Shown here piece after piece: positions 37,641 through 47,203 of a stretch of DNA of 64,000 bases (position 1 is its first letter; each line of letters begins with the position of its first letter). Source of the DNA: Deltaproteobacteria bacterium (lineage in GTDB: Bacteria > Myxococcota_A > Polyangia > Fen-1088); the NCBI GenBank assembly GCA_033763315.1, contig JANRKS010000006.1, forward strand, positions 160,001 through 224,000, read 5' to 3'. Both the position numbers and the translations under genes were made by a program. Below the pieces are notes generated by a model. That model did not search any database and was not told where the DNA came from. It saw only the letters and a list, made by a program, of their open reading frames with translations.

Positions 37641-39402
37641 ACTCACGGGCGTTGCCGCGGCGCCTGGCGTAGCCATGGGCCCCGCCCACCTGTTTGGGTG
37701 GCGTATCGAGGTGCACGAGCGGCGCGTGGAGCCGAGCGAGGTGCCCGCTGAGCTCGCGCGCTTTGATCAAGCGTTGGCCGAGTCCGACGCGCAGTTGGCC
37801 CGCATTCAGGCCCAAATCGCCCAAGCCGAAGGTGACGTTCACCAGGATTACCAGATCCTTGAAGCCCACCGGCTGATGTTGAAGGACGCGCACTTGGTGG
37901 AAGAAGCCAAGCGCCTGATTCGCGACGATAGCGCAGCCGCCGAGTGGGCGGTGCGTGTGGCGCTGGACCGGATTCGCGCGGTGTTCGATCGCATCGAGGA
38001 TCCTTATTTTCGCGAACGCCGCAGCGATATTGATGCCGTGGGTGAGCGCCTCTTGCGCAACCTGCTCGAACTTCTGGATCCCGCGCAGCGCGAATACCCA
38101 CCCGGCGCCATCGTGTATGGCCACGACCTTTCCCCGGGCGACGTCACGCAGCTAGGGCGCAAGGGCATGGGCGGCTTCTTCTCGGAGGCGGGCGGCAAAA
38201 CTTCGCATTCCGCGGTTGTGTCGCGCGCTTTGGGCTTGCCTTTGGTGGTGGGCGTGCACGACATCGGCGTGAACTTGCGCGCGGGCGTCAATGTGGTGGT
38301 GGATGGCACGCGCGGCGAGGTGATCCTAGATCCCGACGCCGCCACGCTTCGCCACTATGCCGAACGCGCCACGCGCGAACGCGCACGCACAGCCTACCTG
38401 CACACGCTGCGCGCTGAGCCGCCTGTCACGGCTTGCGGAACGCACATTCACTTGGCGGCGAACGTTGAACTTTTGGAAGAAGTGCCCGCCGCCGTCAACA
38501 ACGGCGCCGAGGCGATCGGCTTGTTCCGCACAGAGTTTCTCTACATCGAGCGGCCGGATTTGCCCTCCGAACAAGAGCAATATGATCACGCTGTCACCGC
38601 GATGCGCTTGCTCGGCGAACGCGAGGCCACCTTCCGCACGCTTGATCTGGGGGGCGACAAGTTAAGCCCTTCGGTGCGCATTCCAGCGGGCGCCAATCCG
38701 GCTTTGGGTCTGCGTTCGGTGCGGTTTTCGCTGTGGCAACGGGCCGTGTTCAAAGACCAGTTGCGGGCTTTATACCGCGCCGGATCGAAGGGCCGCGTGC
38801 GCATCCTGTTTCCGTTGATCTCGGGCGTGGGTGAACTGCGGGAGGTCAAAGCGATCTGCCAAGAGGTGTGCCACGATCTGCAGCGCGACGGGATCGAACA
38901 CAATCCCCAGATCCCTCTGGGCGTGATGGTTGAAACGCCTGCCGCCGCTTTGATCTCTGACATGTTGGCGCGCGAGTGCGATTTTCTCACCATCGGCACC
39001 AACGATCTCATTCAATATTCTTTGGCCGCCGACCGGCAAGACGAACACGTGGCGTACCTTTACCAGCCGCTGCATCCTGCGATCATTCGTTCGATTCGCA
39101 TGGTGGTTGATGCGGCCCGTGCGGTTGGCAAACCTGTGGCCATGTGTGGCGATATGGCCGGCGATCCGTACCTCACCTGCGTTTTGCTGGGCATCGGCTT
39201 TCGCGATCTATCCATGTCGCCGCAACAGATACCCCTGCTCAAATCGATCGTTCGCGGTACGCGGCTTTCAGAGGCGGAAGCGCTTGTGCGGTCAATCGAA
39301 AAAATGCCAACCGCCAAAGAGGTGGAAAACGTCGTTTTCACAGAAATGAAGCGCATTTTCCCAGATTTGGCAGACCCAGACACCGGCGCCGCCGTGGCGT
39401 AG
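37633..39402 (+). CDS. ptsI: PTS enzyme I
   Basis: GGKTSHSA, GLFRTEF, RTLDLGGDK, NPALGLR, GVMVETP, IGTNDL, CGDMAG. Confidence 0.96.
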   Translation: MRKLTGVAAAPGVAMGPAHLFGWRIEVHERRVEPSEVPAELARFDQALAESDAQLARIQAQIAQAEGDVHQDYQILEAHRLMLKDAHLVEEAKRLIRDDSAAAEWAVRVALDRIRAVFDRIEDPYFRERRSDIDAVGERLLRNLLELLDPAQREYPPGAIVYGHDLSPGDVTQLGRKGMGGFFSEAGGKTSHSAVVSRALGLPLVVGVHDIGVNLRAGVNVVVDGTRGEVILDPDAATLRHYAERATRERARTAYLHTLRAEPPVTACGTHIHLAANVELLEEVPAAVNNGAEAIGLFRTEFLYIERPDLPSEQEQYDHAVTAMRLLGEREATFRTLDLGGDKLSPSVRIPAGANPALGLRSVRFSLWQRAVFKDQLRALYRAGSKGRVRILFPLISGVGELREVKAICQEVCHDLQRDGIEHNPQIPLGVMVETPAAALISDMLARECDFLTIGTNDLIQYSLAADRQDEHVAYLYQPLHPAIIRSIRMVVDAARAVGKPVAMCGDMAGDPYLTCVLLGIGFRDLSMSPQQIPLLKSIVRGTRLSEAEALVRSIEKMPTAKEVENVVFTEMKRIFPDLADPDTGAAVA

Positions 39403-39421
39403 GGCAGGGGATGGATCCGAT

Positions 39422-41020
39422 ATGCCGAGCCTTAGCCTCAGGAAAGCCGTGTCTAAGCTGAAGCTTGCGCTCTTCATCGGCGTGATCGGCGCCGGTGGGT
39501 GTTTGCCGGATCCCGTGCCGATCGAGGGCAAGCAACTGTTTGCCGGCCGCGACATCGAGAACATGTCGTTCATCAAGGTCGCCGGCAAAACGCACGTGCT
39601 GTTTGAAACCCGTCTGTCGTTGCCCACGGCGGTGGCGAGTGGCCTGATGGATATGTGGACGGTGCCACTCGATGGCTCGGCACCGGCGAAGCGCTTCTTT
39701 GCTGGACGTGTGGAAGGCGATTGGGGCCTGATTGGGCTTGGTGGTGACGTGCCCCAATATTGGGTGGCGCGCAATGAGCGCACGGTGTCGGTTGCGCAAA
39801 GAAGCGTGCGGGTGACGGACGCGATCCGCGTGGATGTCAACGGCAACGTGCTTGAACAAGTGCGCGACGTCTTTCAATTCAGCCGGCAAGCGGATGGTTT
39901 GGTTTTTCGGCGGCCAAGCGCGAACGGCGCGGTGTTGGCGTACCACTACCGCAACAAAGCGGGCCTTGAACGCGTGCTCGACGATCTCACCGGTGGGGTT
40001 ACTTTTTCGGGCGCTGGCCTTTACTACGTGGGCGGGCCGGACCTCACTCTTTACTGGGTGCCCAATCTCATGGCGCCGGCTGAGCCCTTGCGTGCCGGCG
40101 TGACGCGCAGCCGGTTCCTGGGTGACAACCTGGCCATCATGACGGTGCCAGAGAACGGCAAGCCTGTTGACGTTCTGGTTGATTTAGGCCGCAAAACCGA
40201 GCGTAAACTGCCGGGTGCTCGCATTTGCTGCTGGCTGGACGTGGGGGCCAACCGAGACATTTGGCGCTACGCCGAGTCACGCAACGGAATGATGCCGGCC
40301 GTCTACCACGAGTACAACTACCGCACAGGTGAGCATCAGGAGCGACCGCTACCGGCGGCCCTCACAGATCTGATTCGGATCGTGCCGCGACCGAACAGCG
40401 ACGCGTCTTTGTTGTTTGATAGTGCTGGCAACCTGGCGATCGACGATCCCGCACGCGAGCCACGTGCCTTTTCGATACCTTTGCGAGCGCCGTCCCCAAG
40501 GTTTTCAGACGATGGCAAGTTCTTACTTTACGTTCGACCCACGTCGCAGGTGCCGTCGCCCGAGGGGCCTCTGTTCATTCAAGACTCAGACTTCGCGGCT
40601 CCAGAGCGCCAGGTATCGCCATTGGGCACCACGCTCCTGTTGAGCAGCTTCTTCACACTTGAAGAGCCGGCGCCGCCTTTGGTTGTGTTCTGGGCGCGCT
40701 TCGGCAAGGGTGCCAGTGACTTGTATTTCGCGGATTTCACCCAGCCTATGGTGACCCGCGTGGCTGAATCCATCCGCGACGTTTCCGTCACCCGCGAGCG
40801 CGTTGTGGGCATCGTGCGCACGTCGTTGCAGGATTTGGTGGGCGACTTGGTGATCAAGGATCTTGTCCTTGGCACAGAGACGATCGTTGGTCGCAGCGTC
40901 GACAGTTACATTCTCACCGACGACAGCAAACGCAACCTGCTGCAAATGGTGTATGTGCTTCGAACGCGCAAAACGGCCGACGTTGAAGGCCTTTGGCTTG
41001 CGGAGCTGCCACCGCCGTGA
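39422..41020 (+). CDS. Putative lipoprotein, beta-propeller-like
   Basis: LALFIGVIGAGG|C lipobox; beta-rich repeats; PRFSDDGKFLLY resembles PD40/TolB blades. Confidence 0.7.
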   Translation: MPSLSLRKAVSKLKLALFIGVIGAGGCLPDPVPIEGKQLFAGRDIENMSFIKVAGKTHVLFETRLSLPTAVASGLMDMWTVPLDGSAPAKRFFAGRVEGDWGLIGLGGDVPQYWVARNERTVSVAQRSVRVTDAIRVDVNGNVLEQVRDVFQFSRQADGLVFRRPSANGAVLAYHYRNKAGLERVLDDLTGGVTFSGAGLYYVGGPDLTLYWVPNLMAPAEPLRAGVTRSRFLGDNLAIMTVPENGKPVDVLVDLGRKTERKLPGARICCWLDVGANRDIWRYAESRNGMMPAVYHEYNYRTGEHQERPLPAALTDLIRIVPRPNSDASLLFDSAGNLAIDDPAREPRAFSIPLRAPSPRFSDDGKFLLYVRPTSQVPSPEGPLFIQDSDFAAPERQVSPLGTTLLLSSFFTLEEPAPPLVVFWARFGKGASDLYFADFTQPMVTRVAESIRDVSVTRERVVGIVRTSLQDLVGDLVIKDLVLGTETIVGRSVDSYILTDDSKRNLLQMVYVLRTRKTADVEGLWLAELPPP

Positions 41021-43281
41021 AAATCGCCTTCGCTGTTGTGCTTGCTGTTGCGTTCGGCGTCTTTGGGACCGCGGGGTTTGCCCAGGAAACGGCTGACGCT
41101 GGCACGGGTGACGCTGGCGCCCTTGATGGCGGTGACGATGCCGCCGTGACGCCGTCGCTCGCGCCACCGGTGGCGCCGCCCGTGGAAGAGGCGTTGGTCA
41201 CCATTCGCGCCCGCATTCTTGGCAAAGGCGGCAAAGAGCCTCTGGTGGGTGCCGCCGTGGCTTTTGGCATGCAAGTGATTGCGGAGGCCGATGAAAGCGG
41301 CCGCGTGGAATTGGCTTTGCCTCCGGGCACGCATCGCCTGCAAATCCAGCAACCCGGCTATGAGCCCCTTGACGTCATTGTCGAAGCCCGGCGTGGCCGC
41401 TCAATGAGCGACGAGACACTCATTCGTCTTGCGCCACGGCTTGTGGGCCAACGCTATGAAACCGTGGTGGTGCCTCCCGATCCGCGCGCGTCCCGCTTGT
41501 CGCTGCGGCAAGAGGAGCTCACGCGCACGCCCGGCACACTGGGCGATCCGCTGCGTGTTATCGAAGTGTTGCCCGGCGTTTCACAAGTGGTGTGGCCGGC
41601 AGCGATTTACACCGTCCGCGGCGCGAACCCGGGCAACACGGGATTTTTCCTCGATGGCGTGCGGTTGCCCTCGCTTTATCACTTCGCGCTTGGTCCATCG
41701 GTGATCCACCCCTTCTTCATCGAACAAGTCGACTTTTACCCAGGCGGGTACCCAGCGCGGTATGGCCGCTACGTCAGCGGCATTGTGAACGCCAAGACCA
41801 CGCAACCCAAAGTCGACCGCGCCCATGGCTCTGTGGACGTGCGTTTATTGGATGCGGGAGGCATCGTGGCGGCGCCTCTCAACGGCGGGCAGGGGAGTGT
41901 GGCCATCGCCGGCCGTGTGTCTTACACGGGCCTGTTGCTTTCGCTGCTGTCACCCGACTTCACGTTCAATTATTGGGATTACCAAACCCGCTTCGAACAC
42001 AAGCTGGGTCCGGGGCGCTTCACCTTGTTCGTTTTTGGCTCGGGCGATCACCTTGGCCGCAAAGACAAAACCAAGCAGGATCTGTTCGCCGATATATCCA
42101 CCCATCGTTTGATGTTGCGTTGGGTGGGCGCCTTGGCCAAAGGCCGCGCCGAAGTGTCCACCGTGGTGGGTCGGGATTCGTCCTCCACATTCATCCCCGA
42201 GCTTAACAACTTGCCGGTGGCCGTTAAGTCGCTCGTCAGCACCACACGCGTGGGCTATGAGCAACCGCTGGCCGCCACCTTGGACGTGGAGGCCGGCGGC
42301 GACGTTGAGGTCCAAGCCTTCGATCCGCAGGCCGTGGCCACACCGCTGCCGCAGCAAAACCTTTTAACCAAACGCACCTCGTTGCTGTCGGGGGCTTACG
42401 CGGCGCTGATTTACCGCCCCGCCGAGTGGCTATCGATCGCGCCAGGCCTTCGCTACGACCTGCTGGCCCAAGAAGGCGTCACCCGTTACGAGCCCGGCCC
42501 GCGTTTGAACATCCGCGCCCGCGTCGGGCAAAACACGTGGCTCAAAGCCGCCGCTGGCCGCTTCGTGCAGCTGCCAAGCTTACCGGTGTCGGTGCCAGGA
42601 TTTGAGAACTTCGGGCTTAAGTCCATTGGCGCCCAACGATCGCTGCAGGGCTCCCTGGGCGTCGAGACGACGCTGCCGTGGGCGCTTACGCTGGACATGA
42701 CTGGCTTTTACCAGCGCCTGCGCGTGAGCGACTTGGCGAGCATTTTCACGTATGAGGTGCAGACCAACCTGCTCGAACTGCGCGAGGGACGCAGTTACGG
42801 GGCCGAGTTCCTGCTTCGACGGGACGTCTCAAAACAGTTTTATGGCTGGGTGTCTTACACACTTTCGAAGAGCGAGCGCGTGTACCCGCCTTTGAACACC
42901 GTCGCGCCTTCGGACTGGGACCAACGGCACATCCTCAACCTCGTGGCCAGCTATCGCATCGGACGCGGCTACCAGCTGGGTGGACGCGTTCACTACAACA
43001 CCGGGCGTCCTTACCCGATCTTCAACGAATCGTCCCTGGCGTCGTCACGGAACGCCGGGCCCCCCATCATTTACGGCAAGCTGCCAAACTTCTACCAGTT
43101 CGACGTCCGCTTCGACCGACGCTGGGTATTCGACCGATACACGCTCGACTTTTACCTCGAGATTATCAACACCACGCTCAGCGAACAGGTGTTCGACATG
43201 AAACGACGCTCGGATGGCTCCATCGATCGCGTCGGCTTCCGAATTGCGTTGCCCTCCCTCGGCCTACACGCCGAGTGGTAA
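41017..43281 (+). CDS. TonB-dependent receptor with N-terminal carboxypeptidase-regulatory-like domain
   Basis: GTGA overlap; EPLVGAAV..PGY; plug PGT.GDPLR...LPGV..VRG; YPGGYPARYG; GRSYGAE, GWVSYTLSKSER; ends in W. Confidence 0.9.
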   Translation: MKIAFAVVLAVAFGVFGTAGFAQETADAGTGDAGALDGGDDAAVTPSLAPPVAPPVEEALVTIRARILGKGGKEPLVGAAVAFGMQVIAEADESGRVELALPPGTHRLQIQQPGYEPLDVIVEARRGRSMSDETLIRLAPRLVGQRYETVVVPPDPRASRLSLRQEELTRTPGTLGDPLRVIEVLPGVSQVVWPAAIYTVRGANPGNTGFFLDGVRLPSLYHFALGPSVIHPFFIEQVDFYPGGYPARYGRYVSGIVNAKTTQPKVDRAHGSVDVRLLDAGGIVAAPLNGGQGSVAIAGRVSYTGLLLSLLSPDFTFNYWDYQTRFEHKLGPGRFTLFVFGSGDHLGRKDKTKQDLFADISTHRLMLRWVGALAKGRAEVSTVVGRDSSSTFIPELNNLPVAVKSLVSTTRVGYEQPLAATLDVEAGGDVEVQAFDPQAVATPLPQQNLLTKRTSLLSGAYAALIYRPAEWLSIAPGLRYDLLAQEGVTRYEPGPRLNIRARVGQNTWLKAAAGRFVQLPSLPVSVPGFENFGLKSIGAQRSLQGSLGVETTLPWALTLDMTGFYQRLRVSDLASIFTYEVQTNLLELREGRSYGAEFLLRRDVSKQFYGWVSYTLSKSERVYPPLNTVAPSDWDQRHILNLVASYRIGRGYQLGGRVHYNTGRPYPIFNESSLASSRNAGPPIIYGKLPNFYQFDVRFDRRWVFDRYTLDFYLEIINTTLSEQVFDMKRRSDGSIDRVGFRIALPSLGLHAEW

Positions 43282-43431
43282 TTGCCCTGCGTGAGCTGTT
43301 TTCGTGTGTCCGGCAGGGGTTGCCGGCAATTTCCATCGCGTTTCCAAGGGCCTAACGAAACTGCGCAGAAATTTCGTGAGGAATAATCCTTGATTTTCTG
43401 CCCTGCGCAGGACTATATCCCGGCCTGCGAA

Positions 43432-44085
43432 ATGTCGCTCTTGTTTCGCCCGAAATATAATCACCTGGCACGTCTTGGCCTGATCCTCGCAGCATCGGCA
43501 GTGGCGGGCGGTCTCAGCGCATTGCTGATATACGTCCGTACTCCCATCGCTCGAGGAATGCAGGATCCGGTCGAGCAGCCAATTCAATTTGACCACCGGC
43601 ACCACGTTCGTGACGTTGGGATCGATTGCCGCTTTTGTCACCAAACGGTCGACAAATCCGCGCATGCAGGGATCCCGCCCACGCAACTGTGTATGAACTG
43701 CCACTCACAGATTTGGAACGGCAGCCCCATGCTGTCGAAGGTCCGTGAGAGCTTCCTGGAGAACAGGCCAATCGTCTGGACCAAGGTGAACGATGTCCCG
43801 GACTTCGTTTACTTTAACCACTCGATTCACGTGAGCAAAGGCGTTGGCTGCGTCACCTGTCACGGCCGCGTCGATCAGATGGCTGCGGTTGAAAAGGCCA
43901 AGCCGCTGACCATGGGTTGGTGTTTGGATTGCCACCGAAATCCGGCGCCTAACCTTCGCCCTGTTGAAGAGGTTACGAACATGGAGTGGACCCCACCGGA
44001 AGGCGATGCCGAGACCAGTGGCAAGGCGCTCGCCGAGCGCTACGACGTCCACACCCGGACCAGTTGCACCACGTGTCACCGATGA
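43432..44085 (+). CDS. actA: Alternative complex III pentaheme cytochrome ActA
   Basis: One TM segment plus five CxxCH (CRFCH, CMNCH, CVTCH, CLDCH, CTTCH); PDFVYFNHS.H. Confidence 0.93.
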   Translation: MSLLFRPKYNHLARLGLILAASAVAGGLSALLIYVRTPIARGMQDPVEQPIQFDHRHHVRDVGIDCRFCHQTVDKSAHAGIPPTQLCMNCHSQIWNGSPMLSKVRESFLENRPIVWTKVNDVPDFVYFNHSIHVSKGVGCVTCHGRVDQMAAVEKAKPLTMGWCLDCHRNPAPNLRPVEEVTNMEWTPPEGDAETSGKALAERYDVHTRTSCTTCHR

Positions 44086-47000
44086 GTTCCGACCACCGTA
44101 CCCCCGCAAACAATCACGAGCCAAAGAGCGGCAACGCTTCAGGCTCTTCCCCTGCTCGCCGATCGTCACTTCCGATCGCCGGCCAAGCGCTTCCTCCTAC
44201 GAAGAAGCTTTGGCGCGGCGAAGAGGAATTGGTAGGCGGCCCCGAAGTGGAACAAGCCGCCCGCCAGGAATTCCCTGACGGAACGGACACGATGACCGAC
44301 GACGTCTCTCGTCGCGGCTTCGTGCAGCTGCTCGGCACCAGTTTGGCTGTGACAACGACGGCCTGCTATCGGCCTCGGCAAAAGATTGTTCCTTACGTCA
44401 AGCGCCCGCCTGAGGTGACGCCGGGCAACTCGCTTCACTTCGCCACCAGCGTGAACCACGAAGGGTTCGGCTTCGGCGCGTTGATCGAGAGCCACGAGGG
44501 CCGCCCCACCAAGCTTGAGGGCAACCCTGACCACGTTGATTCTTTGGGCGCCGCTGGCACCAAGGATCAGGCCTACATTCTCAGCCTTTACGACAACGAT
44601 CGCGCTAAGTCAGCCCGCCTCAATGGCCACCCGGCCGATTGGCGAGACGTGTGCGGTTTCGTCAAAACGCTGGTGGATGCCGGCGCGAAGAACGGCGGCG
44701 CTGGCGTTCGCTTTTTGGTTGAGCCCAGCACATCGCCTTTGATTGGCGATCTGCGCGCGCGCATTTTGGCGAAATTGCCGGCCGCGAAATTTGTTTCGTA
44801 CTCAGGCCTGGCCGATGACGCCGCGGTTGATGGGGCGAAGCTGGCCTTCGGGCAACCGCTCGATACACGTCACGACCTCACGAGCGCCAAGGTGATCGTT
44901 GCCCTCGATTCCGACTTCATGGAAGAAGGCATCGAGAACATTCGCTTGCAACGTCAGTTCGCGCTTGGCCGTGAGCCCGGCGAGAACATGAACCGCCTTT
45001 ACGTGGCCGAGCCCACGTTCACCATCACGGGCGCGTCTGCGGATCATCGTTTGCGTCTGCGCGGCAGCGACATCGTTGCCCTGGCGCAGGCTTTGACCTC
45101 TGAACTGTCCAAGCTTTTGGGCCGCGACGTTTTGGGTGGTTTGGCGGATCTGCCGCTGGCCCGCGCTGGCGTCACTGTGGATCCAAAGTGGGTGCAAGCG
45201 CTCGCCAAGGATTTGGCGCGCAACCGCGGCCGTTCCGTAATTCTGGTGGGCCGCCGCCAACCGGCGTTTGTCCACGCGTTGGCCAACGCGATGAACTTTG
45301 CCTTGGGCAACGTGGGCACCACCGTAAAATACGTCACGCCCTTACGGCACGACGCCTACGCTGGCATTGAGCCACTGCGCGCCTTGGCCGAAGAGATTGC
45401 TGCGGGCAAGGTTGAAACCTTGTTTATCGCCGCACAGAACCCAGTCTTCAGCGCTCCGTCCGACTTCAAGTTCGACAAGCTCTTGGCTCGTGTTCCCAAC
45501 ACGCTTTACTGGGGCCTGTACGACGACGAGACGGCGAAGGTGGTTCGCACGTTTGTGCCCGCCGCTCACCCGCTTGAGTCGTGGGGAGATCTGCGCGCGA
45601 GCGATGGCTCGGTTTCGTTGGTGCAGCCGCTCATCGAGCCGCTCTGGAGCGCGGTGACCGAAGTGGACTTCCTCGCTGCCGTGCTCGAAGAGGGCCAGGT
45701 GGGTTCTCACGAGCAACTGCGCGCTTATTGGTCGAAACGCGCCGCTTCTGAGAATTTGCTCGGTACCCTTGGTTTCGAGCTGCAGTGGGAAAACTGGCTG
45801 GGCAAGGGCATCCTGGCGGACACCAAAGCGCCATCCGCACCTGCGGTGTCGCTTGACGGAGCCGCCCTGGCGGCGGCGTTGCGACCACAGTTACCAAGCC
45901 TTGCCAAGGAAGCCGGTCTTGAGTTGGCTTTCGTGTTGGATTCGAAGGTGGCCGACGGCCGCCATGCCAACAACGGTTGGTTGCAAGAGCTTCCACACCC
46001 CGTCACCAAGATCACCTGGGACAACGCCGTCTTGTTGTCGCACGCCACGGCCTCCCGTCTGTCGCTCAAGACGGCCGATATCGTTGAAGTATCGCTTGGC
46101 GATCGCAAAGTGCGCGGCCCTGTGTATGTGCAACCCGGCCAAGCCGAAGAGTCAGTCACGGTGGCTTTGGGGTATGGCCGCACGGCGGCGGGCTCCGTTG
46201 GCACGGGTGTGGGCTTTAACGCCAACATCCTCCGCGACAGCACGAACCCATGGTTCACCACGGGAGTGCAGATCGAAAAGGTCGGCAAGGATTACCCGTT
46301 CGGTATCACGCAAACGCACTGGCGCATGGAAAACCGTGAGCCCGCGATTGCCGCCACCGTTAAGGAGTTCGAAGACCACCACTCACGCGTCCACCACCTG
46401 CTTGAGGAAGGGCGCGAGCCTTTGCCGCAAATCCACAAGCCGTGGGACTACAGCAAAGAGGCGTACAAGTGGGGTATGGCGATCGATTTGAACAAGTGCA
46501 CGGGCTGCGAAGCCTGCATGACCGCTTGTCAGTCTGAAAACAATATCCCGATCGTTGGGCGCGAGAACGTTCGCATCGGCCGCGAGATGCATTGGATTCG
46601 CATCGACCGCTACTACGAAACCGACGCTGGCTACAGCGACGACTTCTACAAGGACATGGCCGATCCGAAGGTGGTTGTGCAGCCGATGGCTTGCCAACAC
46701 TGCGAAACGGCTCCGTGCGAATACGTTTGCCCCGTGAACGCCACCGTTCACAGCGACGAAGGCCTCAACGAGATGGTCTACAACCGCTGCATCGGCACGC
46801 GTTACTGCGCCAACAACTGCCCCTATAAGGTTCGACGCTTTAACTACCTCGATTTCCACGGGGATCCCCCCGAGGTGGGCAAAATGCGGCACAACCCGGA
46901 CGTCACAGTCCGCGCCCGCGGCGTCATGGAGAAGTGCACCTACTGCGTGCAGCGCATCGAGCGCGCCCGCATTGATTCGCGCATCGAAGGTCGCTCGATC

Positions 47001-47201
47001 GTCGATGGCGAAGTCAAGTCGGCTTGCCAGCAAACCTGCCCCACGGGCGCCATCACTTTCGGATCGCTTCACGATCCCGACTCGGCCGTGTCAAAGGCCC
47101 ACGCCAGCGAACGTCGCTACAGCGTGCTTCACGAAATCAACACCCGGCCGCGAACGGTTTACCTGGCACGCGTGCGCAACCCCAATCCGGAGCTCGCATA
47201 A
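44082..47201 (+). CDS. actB: ACIII ActB (molybdopterin-oxidoreductase-like plus Fe-S domain)
   Basis: Tat SRRGFV...TAC; GRPTKLEGNP; CTGCEACMTAC, CQHCETAPC..VC, CIGTRYCANNC, CTYC...CQQTC. Confidence 0.93.
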   Translation: MSSDHRTPANNHEPKSGNASGSSPARRSSLPIAGQALPPTKKLWRGEEELVGGPEVEQAARQEFPDGTDTMTDDVSRRGFVQLLGTSLAVTTTACYRPRQKIVPYVKRPPEVTPGNSLHFATSVNHEGFGFGALIESHEGRPTKLEGNPDHVDSLGAAGTKDQAYILSLYDNDRAKSARLNGHPADWRDVCGFVKTLVDAGAKNGGAGVRFLVEPSTSPLIGDLRARILAKLPAAKFVSYSGLADDAAVDGAKLAFGQPLDTRHDLTSAKVIVALDSDFMEEGIENIRLQRQFALGREPGENMNRLYVAEPTFTITGASADHRLRLRGSDIVALAQALTSELSKLLGRDVLGGLADLPLARAGVTVDPKWVQALAKDLARNRGRSVILVGRRQPAFVHALANAMNFALGNVGTTVKYVTPLRHDAYAGIEPLRALAEEIAAGKVETLFIAAQNPVFSAPSDFKFDKLLARVPNTLYWGLYDDETAKVVRTFVPAAHPLESWGDLRASDGSVSLVQPLIEPLWSAVTEVDFLAAVLEEGQVGSHEQLRAYWSKRAASENLLGTLGFELQWENWLGKGILADTKAPSAPAVSLDGAALAAALRPQLPSLAKEAGLELAFVLDSKVADGRHANNGWLQELPHPVTKITWDNAVLLSHATASRLSLKTADIVEVSLGDRKVRGPVYVQPGQAEESVTVALGYGRTAAGSVGTGVGFNANILRDSTNPWFTTGVQIEKVGKDYPFGITQTHWRMENREPAIAATVKEFEDHHSRVHHLLEEGREPLPQIHKPWDYSKEAYKWGMAIDLNKCTGCEACMTACQSENNIPIVGRENVRIGREMHWIRIDRYYETDAGYSDDFYKDMADPKVVVQPMACQHCETAPCEYVCPVNATVHSDEGLNEMVYNRCIGTRYCANNCPYKVRRFNYLDFHGDPPEVGKMRHNPDVTVRARGVMEKCTYCVQRIERARIDSRIEGRSIVDGEVKSACQQTCPTGAITFGSLHDPDSAVSKAHASERRYSVLHEINTRPRTVYLARVRNPNPELA

Positions 47202-47203
47202 CC

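Noticed and set aside
44082-47201. ActB as an active molybdoenzyme (polysulfide or nitrate reductase)
   Set aside because: The context with actA, C, D, E, F and the oxidase identifies ACIII, whose ActB lacks the Mo cofactor.
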